64,000 nucleotides of DNA from contig JBEPYO010000001.1 of the NCBI GenBank assembly GCA_041641295.1, positions 1,152,001 to 1,216,000 of the forward strand. The letters run 5' to 3'. Under the pieces are notes generated by a model. That model saw nothing but the letters and a program-made list of their open reading frames with translations, ran no database searches and had not been told where the DNA came from. The position numbers were made by a program, and so were the translations under genes. Below, piece by piece: positions 26,696 through 37,060 of this stretch. Source of the stretch: Nitrososphaerota archaeon (GTDB lineage: Archaea > Thermoproteota > Nitrososphaeria_A > Caldarchaeales > Calditenuaceae). How positions within the stretch are numbered: position 1 is the first letter of the stretch; every line of letters starts with the position of its first letter.

Positions 26696-27115
26696 ATGTA
26701 CCGGCGTAGGAGGAGCATCTTCGACATTATGAGGGAGATGGAGGAGGAGTTTGAGGAGGAGATTGAGAGTATGCTGGCGCGGCTGAAGGAGTTGGAGCTT
26801 TCAAGCCGATGTCTCGAGCCGTTCTACGAATTTCTCGAGGGGCCTGAGGAGTATGTCCTGAGGGTGGATATGCCGGGCGCCGATAGGGGCAAGATGGAGA
26901 TAAGGGCGAGTGGAAGGCTCCTGAGAATCTACGCCCCCTGCAACTACGCAGTCCCATACAGAGAGGGGGTTAGGACATGCGCCACATGCTACAGGCTAGA
27001 GGTTGAGCTTCCGGGAGATGCCTCGTGGGAGGATGCGAGGCAGAGGTTCAGGGAGGGTGTTCTAGAGCTGCGGATTCCGAGGAAGGTCCGTGAATATCGC
27101 ATAAAGATAGAATAG
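26696..27115 (+). CDS. hsp20: Small heat shock protein, Hsp20/alpha-crystallin family
   Basis: VDMPG, FREGVLELRIPR, C-terminal IKIE (IxI motif). Confidence 0.88.
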   Translation: MYRRRRSIFDIMREMEEEFEEEIESMLARLKELELSSRCLEPFYEFLEGPEEYVLRVDMPGADRGKMEIRASGRLLRIYAPCNYAVPYREGVRTCATCYRLEVELPGDASWEDARQRFREGVLELRIPRKVREYRIKIE

Positions 27116-27127
27116 CAGTCTTCCTCC

Positions 27128-27769
27128 TCAGATATGCTCGAGGCCGAGTGTGGCTAGGGCTGCGGCCACGGCTCCATTCTCTGCGTCGTGAAGATTTTCT
27201 GCGCCTGATACTATTATGGCGTCGCCTTCCTCAGGCTTCATCTCCTCCAGTATCTTGCTGGCGAAGTCGGGGTGCTCGGCTGTCACATCGCTTATACCCG
27301 GCATGAGCAGCCTATCCGAATGATAGACAAGGGTCATAGCCCCTTTCGCTCCTGCCCTGATGGCTGCATCACGCTGCTCCAGCCCCCTCCTCACAAGGTC
27401 GGCCGCGCCTCTAACGACTATCCCCACGCTGAATGGATAAGGCCAGGTATTTCGAATGTCGAGGACCCGGGGCCTTCCTATCTTGGTTATTAGCTCGGAG
27501 TATAGTGCCTTGGCCGTCCCAGTGAGAAAGCATCCCGCCTTATCAGTCTCTATTAACCCCTCGGCCTTCAGCCGTGAGAGGAGAGTCCGGGTAACCCCTT
27601 CCCCTAAACCGAGAGCCTCAGCCAGTCTCTTCCTCCCTATCCCAGGGCTGTCTGCAATCAGGTAGATGGCCCTCACGACGTGGAAGTGGCTAAAGCCGGG
27701 TGGTGGCCCCGGCTGGCCCTGCCCCGACGCCCTCCTGATGACCTCCAACACCCGCAACGAGCTCTGCAC
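27128..27769 (-). CDS. Winged-HTH protein, DUF4443-like
   Basis: GIGRKRLAEALGLGEGVTRTLL HTH; GLEQRDAAIRAGAKGA conserved block. Confidence 0.7.
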   Translation of the reverse strand: MQSSLRVLEVIRRASGQGQPGPPPGFSHFHVVRAIYLIADSPGIGRKRLAEALGLGEGVTRTLLSRLKAEGLIETDKAGCFLTGTAKALYSELITKIGRPRVLDIRNTWPYPFSVGIVVRGAADLVRRGLEQRDAAIRAGAKGAMTLVYHSDRLLMPGISDVTAEHPDFASKILEEMKPEEGDAIIVSGAENLHDAENGAVAAALATLGLEHI

Positions 27770-27837
27770 GAATCAGCATCTACCCGAAATAAATATTTGT
27801 GAACTAGTTATATCACTTCCCTCTAACAGATTATTGC

Positions 27838-28590
27838 TTGCGATTGCCTGGCAGGGAAGGTAGCGGTGGCCTTGGTGAGGACTGGGCGGATGTGGTTAGG
27901 GCCATAGAGGCCTTGGGTCCGAGATACCCCACCGTGAACCGGGTAATCTCACTGGGGCTGGACAGGGCTATCAGGGTTCTCGGAATAAGAATGTCTGGAG
28001 TGGATGGTGGAGTAGTGCTGGATGCGGGGGCTGGTGATGGCTCCCTCTCAGTACTCATACAGGAGACACTCGGGGATCGGCGATTCTTCTTAGTGATGCT
28101 CGACCCCTCAGAGAAGATGGTCAGACTGGCAGTGGAGAGAGTGAAGCGGCACAACTCCGATGCCGTGATCGGTGTCCTAGAGTATGCCCCGTTCAGGCAG
28201 TCCTCGGTAGGGTCAACCTTCATGGCCTTCGCCCTCAGAGACGTATTCAACCTGCCCTACTCCCTCGAGAGGCTTGCCTCCATACTGAGACCCGGCGGAG
28301 TATTCACTGTGATCGACCTCGCCAAGCCAGACGGATCCTTCACCAGAGCAGTGCTGAGCCTGTATTGGCGGATAGTGGCCCCATTCCTCGTGGCCTCCGC
28401 TTTCCTGAATCTGTGGAGGGAGATTCGCATGATATATCCAACCTACCTCCTTCTGCCTACGGAGTCTGAGCTGATTAGGAGGCTGGCCAGATACTTCAGG
28501 TTGGTCAAGGTGCGGAGGATGCTTCTGGGGGGCGTTCACATACTTGTGCTTAGGCGGTGGGATGCTCAGGGGAAGGGAATAGGGATATAG
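27838..28590 (+). CDS. Class I SAM-dependent methyltransferase, UbiE/MenG-like (start uncertain)
   Basis: YPTVNRVISLGLD, VLDAGAGDG, FALRDV, ILRPGG. Confidence 0.8.
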   Translation: MRLPGREGSGGLGEDWADVVRAIEALGPRYPTVNRVISLGLDRAIRVLGIRMSGVDGGVVLDAGAGDGSLSVLIQETLGDRRFFLVMLDPSEKMVRLAVERVKRHNSDAVIGVLEYAPFRQSSVGSTFMAFALRDVFNLPYSLERLASILRPGGVFTVIDLAKPDGSFTRAVLSLYWRIVAPFLVASAFLNLWREIRMIYPTYLLLPTESELIRRLARYFRLVKVRRMLLGGVHILVLRRWDAQGKGIGI

Positions 28591-28621
28591 CCGACTATGG
28601 GGCAGGGCTTGACAGGGAAAC

Positions 28622-31600
28622 TTGAAAGAGACGGGGCAGATCTTACGGGAGTTAGGGTACGATTATTATACCCTGGTTGAGGAGCCGGTTAGGCCTGAGC
28701 TAACGGATGTAACGTTCTCCCAGCTCATCCCCCGCCTCAGTTCCTCCGGACTCGAGATCGCAGATAAGAGGCTTTACAGACACCAGCTCGAGGCCTACAA
28801 CGCGCTTACCGCAGGGAAGAACCTGATACTCCGCTCAGGGACTGGTTCTGGGAAGACCGAGGCATGGTTCGCGTACGCCGCCAGCCAGGGCGCGAGGGTC
28901 TTGGCAGTCTATCCGACCCTCGCCCTCTCCAACGACCAGGTCAACCGTCTGAAGACCTACTGTGAGGCCTTGGACATGAAAGTGTCCATCATCGACGCGC
29001 CCACCCGGAGTAAGCTAGCCCAGAGCGTAGGTGCTAGAGGGTTGAGACGTGAGCTGGCATCCTCAAACATAGTAGTCACCAATCCAGCCTATCTGTTGTT
29101 AGAGATCAAGAAGCTGGGGAGTGAGAGGCCTCCCCTTCTGAGGGAGTTTCTCTCCAACCTAGACCTGCTCGTTCTGGACGATATCGACTTCTACTCGCCC
29201 CGCAGCATCGCAATCCTCCTGGCTATGTGCAAGATATTGAGGGAGAGGGCATCACCCCGCCTCAGATTCGCCGTCTTAACGGCGATGCTTGAGAACCCAG
29301 AGGAGCTGGCGGGATTCCTCCAGTCCATAACTGGGGTAGAGGTGGCGGTCGTGGATGGCAAACCCTTCCACCCGAGGAACACGTGCTACGTAGTGCTGGG
29401 TCGAAACCTCCGCACTGTCTGGAACCGCCTCAGGGAGAGGAGGGATGATATACTGCGAATCGGGGCCGGGAGAGACATTGCCGCCGCCCTTGAGAGTTAT
29501 GACGAATTCCTCAAGAATGTTTACAAGGTTATTGAGGCGGCGCGAGCCGCAGGCCTCGACCTGGCCGGCCTGAACCCGCATCCCGACCCAGCAGAGCTAA
29601 TCGCGAAGTATGCCGATGACGACGGATTGACCATAGTTTTCACCCAGAGCATAGCTAGGGCGGAGGAGCTGAGAAGGCGGGTGGCCTCGGAGGTTGGAGA
29701 AGCCTCGGTAGCAGCACACCACCATCTAATTGACAAGGAGACAAGGCGGGCAATGGAGGAGAGGGCTAGGACTGGCGCCCTGAGGCTTCTCATCTCACCC
29801 AGAACCCTGTCCCAGGGAATCGATATCGGAGATGTTGTCAGGATAGTGCATGTAGGCTTGCCCGATAGTCTCAGAGAGTTCTTACAGAAGGAGGGTAGGA
29901 AGGGTCGGAGGGAAGGTATTGAATGGACTGAATCAGTAATAATTCCCAGCTCGTCTTGGGACTATAACCTCCTCAAGAGAGGTACAAGTGCGCTGGTCAA
30001 GTGGATCTCGATAGGCCGAGAACGCGTCGTCGTCAATCCCGACAATAAGTACATAATGCTTGTGGAAGCTCTCTTCAAGGCTACACGGCCCGGCGGCGTA
30101 AGAACCCTCACGCCAGAGGAGTCAAAGCTGCTCACAAGCCTTGGGATGCTCCGGGAATATGCCCTGACTGGTGTTGGGAAGAGAGCTTGGATGAAGCTGA
30201 ACTTCTACGAGTTCGCACCGAGCCTGGGTGTTAAGAGGATTAGGCGGAGGAGAGACGGCTCAGAACACTACCTAGAGGATATATCGCATGTGGACTTGGT
30301 TGAGAGGTTCCAGGTCGGCTGCATAGACTACACGTCAGACGGCATGGTCACAAGACATGCGCGGAGCACCGAGGCCGGCAGGCTTGTCACCTCGGTGATC
30401 GTCGAGGACATCTCGGAGCAGGTTCTCAGGAGGTATGAGCCGTTTGCGCTGGCGCTTGAAGAGTATGAGGCCGTTAAGAGGAGGTGGGGGGAGGAGTCTT
30501 CAATCGCTTCAGACTACTACGCTGGGCGTCTCCATACAGAGGTGGACTGTCTCGTGAAGCCTCCGGAGGGCTTCGGGCTCTATGTTAAACTACCCAACCA
30601 CATAAACTGGATACTCAGGAGCACAAAACTAGACGTCTTCGTCGTGGATGGGAGGACGATAGTGTCGCCTAGGCGCCGAGTCATCCCGGTCCCAACACCC
30701 ACTGACGGAGTCTACACAGACTACACCTATGGCACACTGGTTGAGGCGGATCCGACTGACGACCCCTCGATGCTGAGGCTCGGAATGGCGCTAACCGAGA
30801 TAGTGATGAGGAGAAAGCTGGGAATACCGTTTGAGACGATAAAGTATGACGTGATAGTTGTTGGCGACCGAAAGTTTGTCTCGATCCACGAGCCCGAGTC
30901 TGCGGGGCTTCTAGAGAAGCTTGACTGGCTGGAGCTTAGGAGGCTGGTCGAAGAGTATGTCCCAGACGAGTTGGACGAGTGTCTGTTAGAGGCCATCAAT
31001 GAGATGGCATACGCCGCCCTCATGAGCAGGGGCTTTGACTGGGCGCCAGCCAAACACTATGCCGCAAAGATCCTCGACAGACTTGTCCTAAGGGAGAGGC
31101 TCAGGCTCCAGCTCCCAATAGGCGAGGTCTCTGTGCCAAGGCCCAGCAGAGCCCTCAAAAAATGTGTCATCTCAGGAAACTACTTTGCCCTAGATAACTC
31201 CTCATCATTCCTAGTCTACTGCATCAGCGTCTTTGACGGCGAGTCTGTCAAAGGATCTGCAGGGCTCAAGACACCTGAGGGCCCTGACAACGCCTACATC
31301 GAGGCCTCCTCCATAATCTCAGGCCTCCTCGACGCTGGCTTCAGTCTACTAGTCTACGACTCGCAAGAGCTCCTAGGCATGCTCGACCGGCTGGGCATGC
31401 GCTCTCTAAAAGCTAAGCTGATGGGAGCTGCTGCCTTAGGGCTGGTTGATGATGTCTTGGAAAGGTTTGCGAAGGTCATGGGGGAGAGGCTCCCGCTCAC
31501 CGAGGCCTGCAGGATTCTCGGACTCGAGACGGCTGCCCAGCCCATAGAAGTCGCGGCTACAGCCTCGAAGACGGATGCAAAACCCTCAAACCCCTACTGG

Positions 31601-31759
31601 CTCAGGGAAGCGCTTGAAAGGATTGGGCCTGAGATCGAGAGGGCGACTGGCGATGAGGCTCGCTCAATCTATATGATGGGGCTGGTACTCGAATGGCTTG
31701 AAAGAGGAGTTAGGAGTGTTCGGGCTTCTGGAGAGTCATTCCAGAAAGGGCATCCATGA
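28622..31759 (+). CDS. SF2 DEAD/DEAH-box helicase, Hrq/SftH/MrfA-like, with a long C-terminal extension
   Basis: LYRHQ (Q motif), GTGSGKT, YPTLALSNDQ, VTNP, LVLDDID, TLSQGIDIG, QKEGRKGR. Confidence 0.85.
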   Translation: MKETGQILRELGYDYYTLVEEPVRPELTDVTFSQLIPRLSSSGLEIADKRLYRHQLEAYNALTAGKNLILRSGTGSGKTEAWFAYAASQGARVLAVYPTLALSNDQVNRLKTYCEALDMKVSIIDAPTRSKLAQSVGARGLRRELASSNIVVTNPAYLLLEIKKLGSERPPLLREFLSNLDLLVLDDIDFYSPRSIAILLAMCKILRERASPRLRFAVLTAMLENPEELAGFLQSITGVEVAVVDGKPFHPRNTCYVVLGRNLRTVWNRLRERRDDILRIGAGRDIAAALESYDEFLKNVYKVIEAARAAGLDLAGLNPHPDPAELIAKYADDDGLTIVFTQSIARAEELRRRVASEVGEASVAAHHHLIDKETRRAMEERARTGALRLLISPRTLSQGIDIGDVVRIVHVGLPDSLREFLQKEGRKGRREGIEWTESVIIPSSSWDYNLLKRGTSALVKWISIGRERVVVNPDNKYIMLVEALFKATRPGGVRTLTPEESKLLTSLGMLREYALTGVGKRAWMKLNFYEFAPSLGVKRIRRRRDGSEHYLEDISHVDLVERFQVGCIDYTSDGMVTRHARSTEAGRLVTSVIVEDISEQVLRRYEPFALALEEYEAVKRRWGEESSIASDYYAGRLHTEVDCLVKPPEGFGLYVKLPNHINWILRSTKLDVFVVDGRTIVSPRRRVIPVPTPTDGVYTDYTYGTLVEADPTDDPSMLRLGMALTEIVMRRKLGIPFETIKYDVIVVGDRKFVSIHEPESAGLLEKLDWLELRRLVEEYVPDELDECLLEAINEMAYAALMSRGFDWAPAKHYAAKILDRLVLRERLRLQLPIGEVSVPRPSRALKKCVISGNYFALDNSSSFLVYCISVFDGESVKGSAGLKTPEGPDNAYIEASSIISGLLDAGFSLLVYDSQELLGMLDRLGMRSLKAKLMGAAALGLVDDVLERFAKVMGERLPLTEACRILGLETAAQPIEVAATASKTDAKPSNPYWLREALERIGPEIERATGDEARSIYMMGLVLEWLERGVRSVRASGESFQKGHP

Positions 31760-32156
31760 CGCTGGCTATGTAGCTATCAACCCTCTCAGAGGTGATGCCT
31801 GTGCGCTTCAGCTCCTCCTTTATGTACCGTTCAACAAGCCTATAGTTCTTGAAGAGCTCGTTTATGCTCCTCCACTTCACGTCTTTTAGGGCCTTGCCTA
31901 TCTCCTCGTCGTAGGGGAGCAGGCCTTTAACCATCATGAAGGCTAGGATGGGGTAGCCTATGTAGTTCCTGAACCTTGTCCCGTTGTCGTCGGAGTCCGC
32001 CAACCCCCGCGCCGTGTCGAGAAAGACCCTGTAGGTCCTGTCACCCTCCGATGCCCTAACCTCCGCCTCAGACTCACTCAGCACACGGACCCTATCACCT
32101 GCAACGGCTCCAACAGCCTCAAGGACCTTCACACGCGGTGGAGTCGAAAGCTGCAT
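31710..32156 (-). CDS. Conserved hypothetical protein
   Basis: Coding-like composition from ATG 32156: PPRVKVLEAVGAVA..ASEGDRTYRV..SDDNG..YIGYP..WRSINELFKNY. Confidence 0.7.
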   Translation of the reverse strand: MQLSTPPRVKVLEAVGAVAGDRVRVLSESEAEVRASEGDRTYRVFLDTARGLADSDDNGTRFRNYIGYPILAFMMVKGLLPYDEEIGKALKDVKWRSINELFKNYRLVERYIKEELKRTGITSERVDSYIASVMDALSGMTLQKPEHS

Positions 32157-32223
32157 CACAGTCAGTGAAATTAAGTGCCTAAAAAATCTTAGACCATACA
32201 CACAGCTAGCCCTATATCGCATT

Positions 32224-33300
32224 ATGCATAATCTGAAACGCATGCCCGCGGGCGCAGGCATTAGTCCACGCTTCAGCCACAAAGACCTGTTCAACTTCAG
32301 CCGCGACTGCCTCCTTAGGACGGGTGTCTCGCGACCTGACGCAGAACTAGTTGCAGACCACCTTGTCTTGGCAAACCTTCGAGGAGTCGACTCTCACGGT
32401 GTGATAAGGCTACCATACTACGTGGAGGGGCTGGAGAAGGGATATCTCAACGCGCGGTGTGATGTGAAGATTCTCCGTGAGGGGCCTAGCTGGGCCCTCA
32501 TAGACTGTGGCATGGGCCTCGGAATAGTGGGTGCGGTGAAGGCCTCAGATATTGCCCTAGATAAGTCCCTCAACACAGGCGTGGCTATAGTGGGTGCGGT
32601 GGGTCTGGGGCATGTTGGGATGCTGGCCTACTACACCTTGAGAATGGCGGAAAAGGGGCTGATCAGCCTGGCTCTGGTCAACGGCGTGGCTGAGATGCCG
32701 CCTTGGGGTGGTGTAGGCAAAGTCTTCGGGACCAATCCGATAAGCATGGGGATACCTAGGAGCGGGTCAGCCCCCATCCTCATAGACATGGCAACATCCG
32801 CCATAGCCAAGTTCAAGGTCCACCTAGCGGCTGCCCAAGGGCAACAGCTACCCGAGGGCGTTGCGCTTGACAGTGAGGGGAGGCCGACCAGAGACCCTGC
32901 AGAGGCCCTTAAGGGATGTCTCCTACCCTTCGGCGGCTACAAGGGATACTCACTCGCACTATTCGTAGAAGTGATGGCCTCCGCACTCATCGGGGGGCCA
33001 AGCAGCGTCGAGGTCAGAAACCATCCATCCCAGCAAGGTGGATTCCTCATAACCGTAATAAACCCCGAGATCTTCGGTGACAAAAGACAGTTCCTATCAC
33101 GCGTCGAGAGCCTAGTGTCCACTATAAAGTCCGTGAGGCGTGCGGGGGGTGTTGAGGAGATAATGCTGCCCGGAGAGCCGGAGGAAAGGGCCATGAAGGA
33201 GAGGTTGGCGAAAGGCATCCCAATAGATCCTGACACTCTCCGGAGGCTGAGGGAGTTAGGAGAGCGGCTAGGCGTCTCTTTCCCAGAGCCTCTAGGCTAG
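32224..33300 (+). CDS. Ldh_2 family oxidoreductase (ComC/AllD-like L-sulfolactate/malate/ureidoglycolate dehydrogenase)
   Basis: LRGVDSHG, GHVGMLAYY, FGTNP, DMATS, LPFGGYKGY, LPGEPE. Start may be ATG 32242. Confidence 0.88.
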   Translation: MHNLKRMPAGAGISPRFSHKDLFNFSRDCLLRTGVSRPDAELVADHLVLANLRGVDSHGVIRLPYYVEGLEKGYLNARCDVKILREGPSWALIDCGMGLGIVGAVKASDIALDKSLNTGVAIVGAVGLGHVGMLAYYTLRMAEKGLISLALVNGVAEMPPWGGVGKVFGTNPISMGIPRSGSAPILIDMATSAIAKFKVHLAAAQGQQLPEGVALDSEGRPTRDPAEALKGCLLPFGGYKGYSLALFVEVMASALIGGPSSVEVRNHPSQQGGFLITVINPEIFGDKRQFLSRVESLVSTIKSVRRAGGVEEIMLPGEPEERAMKERLAKGIPIDPDTLRRLRELGERLGVSFPEPLG

Positions 33301-35504
33301 GCCTCCTCGACGAAGTCGGATATCTTCGGCAGCTGGAGTGGCATTCCCTTCCTCTTCCTAATCTCCATGATCACCTTCTCTTTAATCGACTCGGGCACCG
33401 GCTTCCATGCATGGAACTCCGTGCCCCAGAACGCTTTACCCATTGTCGCGCCCCTCATGAGCTCGGCTAGGTCAGACGCCTCAGCCGCAGGAATCTCGCC
33501 TGACACCACAGAGATGTACTCCGACTGGGTCACGTCAATAATCCTACCCCTCTTCGAGCTTAGTATGGACGTTACTGCTCCGATGAAGTCGGGTGGGACC
33601 TTCACCTCGATCTTCAGTATCGGCTCCAGAAGCACAGGGTCGGCGGTGAGTATGCTCGCGTAGATGGCGCGCCAAGTGGCTGGCGCGATCTGCGCATAAC
33701 CTCTGTGGACTGGGTCCTCGTGAAGGTCTACATTAACCAGCACAGCCTTAAGCCCTCTCATCCTCTCGCCTGCGAGCGGTCCTTCCTGAATAACCCTCTG
33801 GAACCCGCCAATAATCATCATCTTACTCTCATGCAGGTATTGGGCACCCTTCGTCATGTCAACCAGAATGTTGCCGCCCGAGTCTATCATCCATACGTTC
33901 CTAGCCTCGTCGGCGTCCCAGCCATGGTCCCTGAGAATCTTCGCAACCTGCTTCCTATCCATCTCATCGAATAGCTCGCCGCGCCTAATCAGGTCAACGA
34001 TCGCGTCATCAAGCTTCTCTACGTAGAAGTATATCTTGTTGTGGCGGTTGGGTGACTTGCCTTCAAAGACCTTCCCCCTCTGGTTCACAGACTCCCTGTA
34101 AAGGATTATTGGGTTGCCTGCCACAATCTCTAGCCCCGCCTTCTGAATCCAAGTTAGGGCGATTTCCAAGTGCAAGGTGCCCATCCCGCTGATCAGATAC
34201 TCTCCAGTCTCAGGCCTAACCACCGTCACCAGCGTCGGATCCTCGATCGTCAGCTTGTTCAGGAAGTCGATTAGCTTCGGAAGGTCCTTGCTGTGCTTAG
34301 GCTCTATCGCCACAGTAACTACAGGCTCGGAGACATATCTCAGCGTCTCGAATGGCACCATCTCTACACCCGCCAGAGTGTCGCCGGCCCTCGCATCCTC
34401 TATACCTAGGAGCGCCGGAATGTTCCCGGCAGGGAGGGTGTTGACAATCTCCCTGTTGGGGCCCATGTATACCGCGACCTGCTGTACCCTCGCCTCAATA
34501 TTCCTACCCACAATCAGGAGTGAGTCCCCGTCAGACACGGTTCCGCTGAACAGCCTCCCCGTAACGACGACACCCGCCGCCGGGTCTACCTTGACGTCCG
34601 TAACAGCCATAACAGGTATCCCCTTCTCGTTGCACTCTATCATGTCTTGGCCGACCTCCGAGTCTATTGGCCCTTTCCATATCTTGGGTATCCTGTACTT
34701 CTGGGCCTTGTGGGGTGGTGGGTGGTGGTTGATTACCATCTCGAGTATTGCTTCGTGGAGTGGGAAGTTCTCGCGCAGCCAGTCTATGTTGGAGTCTGCG
34801 AATGCCTTTAACACATCGCTGAACTTGATCCCCTTCTTCTGGGCCTGCTGGACTGTGAATCCCCACCTGTCCTTGGCTGACCCTAGTGCGATGCTTCCAT
34901 TCTGGAAGCTTACCTTCCACTCCTCCCGCATCCAAGGCTCGCCATACATGTCTATGAGTCGGTTAACCTCTGTTGCAATCCGCGCAAGCGTCTCCTGTAT
35001 CTTCTCAGGAGTCAGCTTAAGCTCCTTTATCAGCCTGTCAACCTTGTTTATGTAGAGGACTGGCTTGACCCGCTCAGAGAGGGCCTGCCTGATAACGGTC
35101 TCCGTCTGAGTCATCACGCCCTCCACAGCGTCAACAACAACCACGGCGCCGTCAATAGCCCTAAGCGCCCTAGTAACCCTGCCGCTAAAGTCGACGTGTC
35201 CCGGCGTATCAATCATGTTTATGATGTATGGCTTGTCGAGCTCGTAGTAGAGGCTGACGTTCGCAGCCTTTATCGTCATCTGCCTCTGCTGCTCTTCTTC
35301 GAGGTAGTCTAGTGCGAGCGCCCTCCCCGCGAGCGAGGGGCTGAGAAGCCCGGCGGCAGCCAGGAGGCTGTCTGTAGTAGTTGTCTTGCCATGGTCAACG
35401 TGGGCTATAATGCCGATATTCCTGATGCTATCCTTCTGGCGTAGAATCTCCAGTACCTCACTGATCTTCTTGACTCTACCCAACTTCAGCCACGAAATAG
35501 TCAT
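33297..35504 (-). CDS. fusA: Translation elongation factor EF-2 (aEF-2)
   Basis: AHVDHGKT, DTPGHVDF, NKVD, SPNRHN, diphthamide loop HEDPVHRG. Confidence 0.97.
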   Translation of the reverse strand: MTISWLKLGRVKKISEVLEILRQKDSIRNIGIIAHVDHGKTTTTDSLLAAAGLLSPSLAGRALALDYLEEEQQRQMTIKAANVSLYYELDKPYIINMIDTPGHVDFSGRVTRALRAIDGAVVVVDAVEGVMTQTETVIRQALSERVKPVLYINKVDRLIKELKLTPEKIQETLARIATEVNRLIDMYGEPWMREEWKVSFQNGSIALGSAKDRWGFTVQQAQKKGIKFSDVLKAFADSNIDWLRENFPLHEAILEMVINHHPPPHKAQKYRIPKIWKGPIDSEVGQDMIECNEKGIPVMAVTDVKVDPAAGVVVTGRLFSGTVSDGDSLLIVGRNIEARVQQVAVYMGPNREIVNTLPAGNIPALLGIEDARAGDTLAGVEMVPFETLRYVSEPVVTVAIEPKHSKDLPKLIDFLNKLTIEDPTLVTVVRPETGEYLISGMGTLHLEIALTWIQKAGLEIVAGNPIILYRESVNQRGKVFEGKSPNRHNKIYFYVEKLDDAIVDLIRRGELFDEMDRKQVAKILRDHGWDADEARNVWMIDSGGNILVDMTKGAQYLHESKMMIIGGFQRVIQEGPLAGERMRGLKAVLVNVDLHEDPVHRGYAQIAPATWRAIYASILTADPVLLEPILKIEVKVPPDFIGAVTSILSSKRGRIIDVTQSEYISVVSGEIPAAEASDLAELMRGATMGKAFWGTEFHAWKPVPESIKEKVIMEIRKRKGMPLQLPKISDFVEEA

Positions 35505-35588
35505 TCGGCGTATTTAAGGTAAAGTCCTGGTGCGCAGACTGTGCCATGGGAATAGTATTATACCGGAGTCCGCAGAGTAGATTTTGAC

Positions 35589-36086
35589 TTGACGACGGAC
35601 ATCAGTGTCCGGATGGCTGAGGAGAGGGATAAGGAGCAGATAATAGACTTGATGGTGAGGGCTAAGAGGCTGAACGAGGAGTTTGACCCGCTTCTTAAGC
35701 TGTCCAGCAGGCTTCAGGAGGTGGTTACAAGATATGTGGAGGAGTCTCTCACCTCGCCAACTTCACTCCTCGTGGTGGCGGAGCATGGGGGCAGGCTGGT
35801 GGGAGTCCTAAAAGCTGAGATCGTCAACAGGATCTTCTACGACCCGCCACTGGAGGGTCTCATAAGGGAGCTGTATATATTGCCAGAGTATAGGAGGAAG
35901 GGTGTTGGAAAGATGCTGGTGACTGAGGCGTTTAAAATTCTCCAAGAGCGTGGCGCCGGCCTATTAACGGCTGAGTTCCCCTCCCTACACAAGATCGCTG
36001 TAGAGTTCTATGAGAAGATGGGGTTCAGACCCATCTTCAGCAAATACACGATCGAGATTGACAGGAGTAGGACGACGCTAGAGTAG
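35589..36086 (+). CDS. GNAT family N-acetyltransferase
   Basis: LYILPEYRRKGVGKML, AVEFYEKMGF. Confidence 0.9.
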   Translation: MTTDISVRMAEERDKEQIIDLMVRAKRLNEEFDPLLKLSSRLQEVVTRYVEESLTSPTSLLVVAEHGGRLVGVLKAEIVNRIFYDPPLEGLIRELYILPEYRRKGVGKMLVTEAFKILQERGAGLLTAEFPSLHKIAVEFYEKMGFRPIFSKYTIEIDRSRTTLE

Positions 36087-36091
36087 CCCGG

Positions 36092-37060
36092 GTGCAACGG
36101 TGGTTTGTATTGAGTGCTATAGCATGCGAGGATCTGAAGAAATATTATAGGGTCAAGGTTAGGAGGAGTTTTTTCAACAGAATAGACTCTGTCATAAAGG
36201 CGCTCGACGGTGTTAGCCTCGAGGTAGAGAAGGGAGTTGTTTTCAGTCTGGTGGGGCCTAACGGTGCTGGCAAGACGACTATGGTGAAGATCCTGTCGAC
36301 ACTCCTCTTACCTGATGCGGGGTGGGCGCAGGTCGGCGGCTATGACGTGGTCAGGCAGGCGGGCCGGGTTAGAAGGATTATCGGGCTTGTATTGGCGCCT
36401 GACAAGGGTTTCTACGCGAGGCTAACGGGGCTGGAGAACCTCGTCTACTACGGTAGGCTCTACGGTCTCTCGAAGGGGGAGGCGACTAGGAAGGCCAAGG
36501 AGCTTTTGGAGCTCACCGGGCTTGGGGAGGATGGGATGCGGCTATTCGAGGAATATAGCTTGGGTATGCGCGCCAAGCTCAGCATTGCCAAGGCCCTGAT
36601 CAACGACCCTGAGATAGTATTCCTCGACGAGCCCACAATAGGGCTGGACCCACTCTCAGCCAGAAGGATTAGGAATCTAATCAAAGACCTAGCAGCCAAG
36701 GGAATGACAATTTTCATGACAAGCCACAACATGTGGGAGGTTGAGAACCTCAGCAACACCGTAGCTGTCTTAAAGAGTGGGAAAGTCGTGGCTAAAGGCT
36801 CACCCTCCGAATTGAAGGAGAGGCTAAAACTAACCTATAGAGTCGAAGTCGAGGTAATATCTGAGAAGACTCCCGACACAAGTCTGCCAGTAATAACGGG
36901 TGAGAGGGGATACCCCGTAGTTACAGTGACGACGGATAAGCCGAGTGAGGACCTAGTCAAGGTCATCGACGAGATGAGGAGTAAGGGATATTCGATAGGG
37001 ATGGTCCGGGTGCAGGAGCCCAGCCTAGAAGAAGTGCTCACACAGGTTTTATCGAGTTGA
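36092..37060 (+). CDS. ABC-2 type exporter ATP-binding protein
   Basis: GPNGAGKT, YSLGM, FLDEPT, TSH. Confidence 0.92.
   Translation: MQRWFVLSAIACEDLKKYYRVKVRRSFFNRIDSVIKALDGVSLEVEKGVVFSLVGPNGAGKTTMVKILSTLLLPDAGWAQVGGYDVVRQAGRVRRIIGLVLAPDKGFYARLTGLENLVYYGRLYGLSKGEATRKAKELLELTGLGEDGMRLFEEYSLGMRAKLSIAKALINDPEIVFLDEPTIGLDPLSARRIRNLIKDLAAKGMTIFMTSHNMWEVENLSNTVAVLKSGKVVAKGSPSELKERLKLTYRVEVEVISEKTPDTSLPVITGERGYPVVTVTTDKPSEDLVKVIDEMRSKGYSIGMVRVQEPSLEEVLTQVLSS

Noticed and set aside
33690-33725. Possible EF-2 paralogue lacking the diphthamide site
   Set aside because: The target His in HEDPVHRG is present; only a minor Pro->Tyr change follows.
34177-35055. Long antisense ORF (292 aa) opposite EF-2, and similar shadow ORFs such as 5359..6045, 41030..41659 and 44302..45282
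   Set aside because: Fully antisense to well-supported genes, Ser/Pro/Thr-rich, with no motifs; expected from codon bias.
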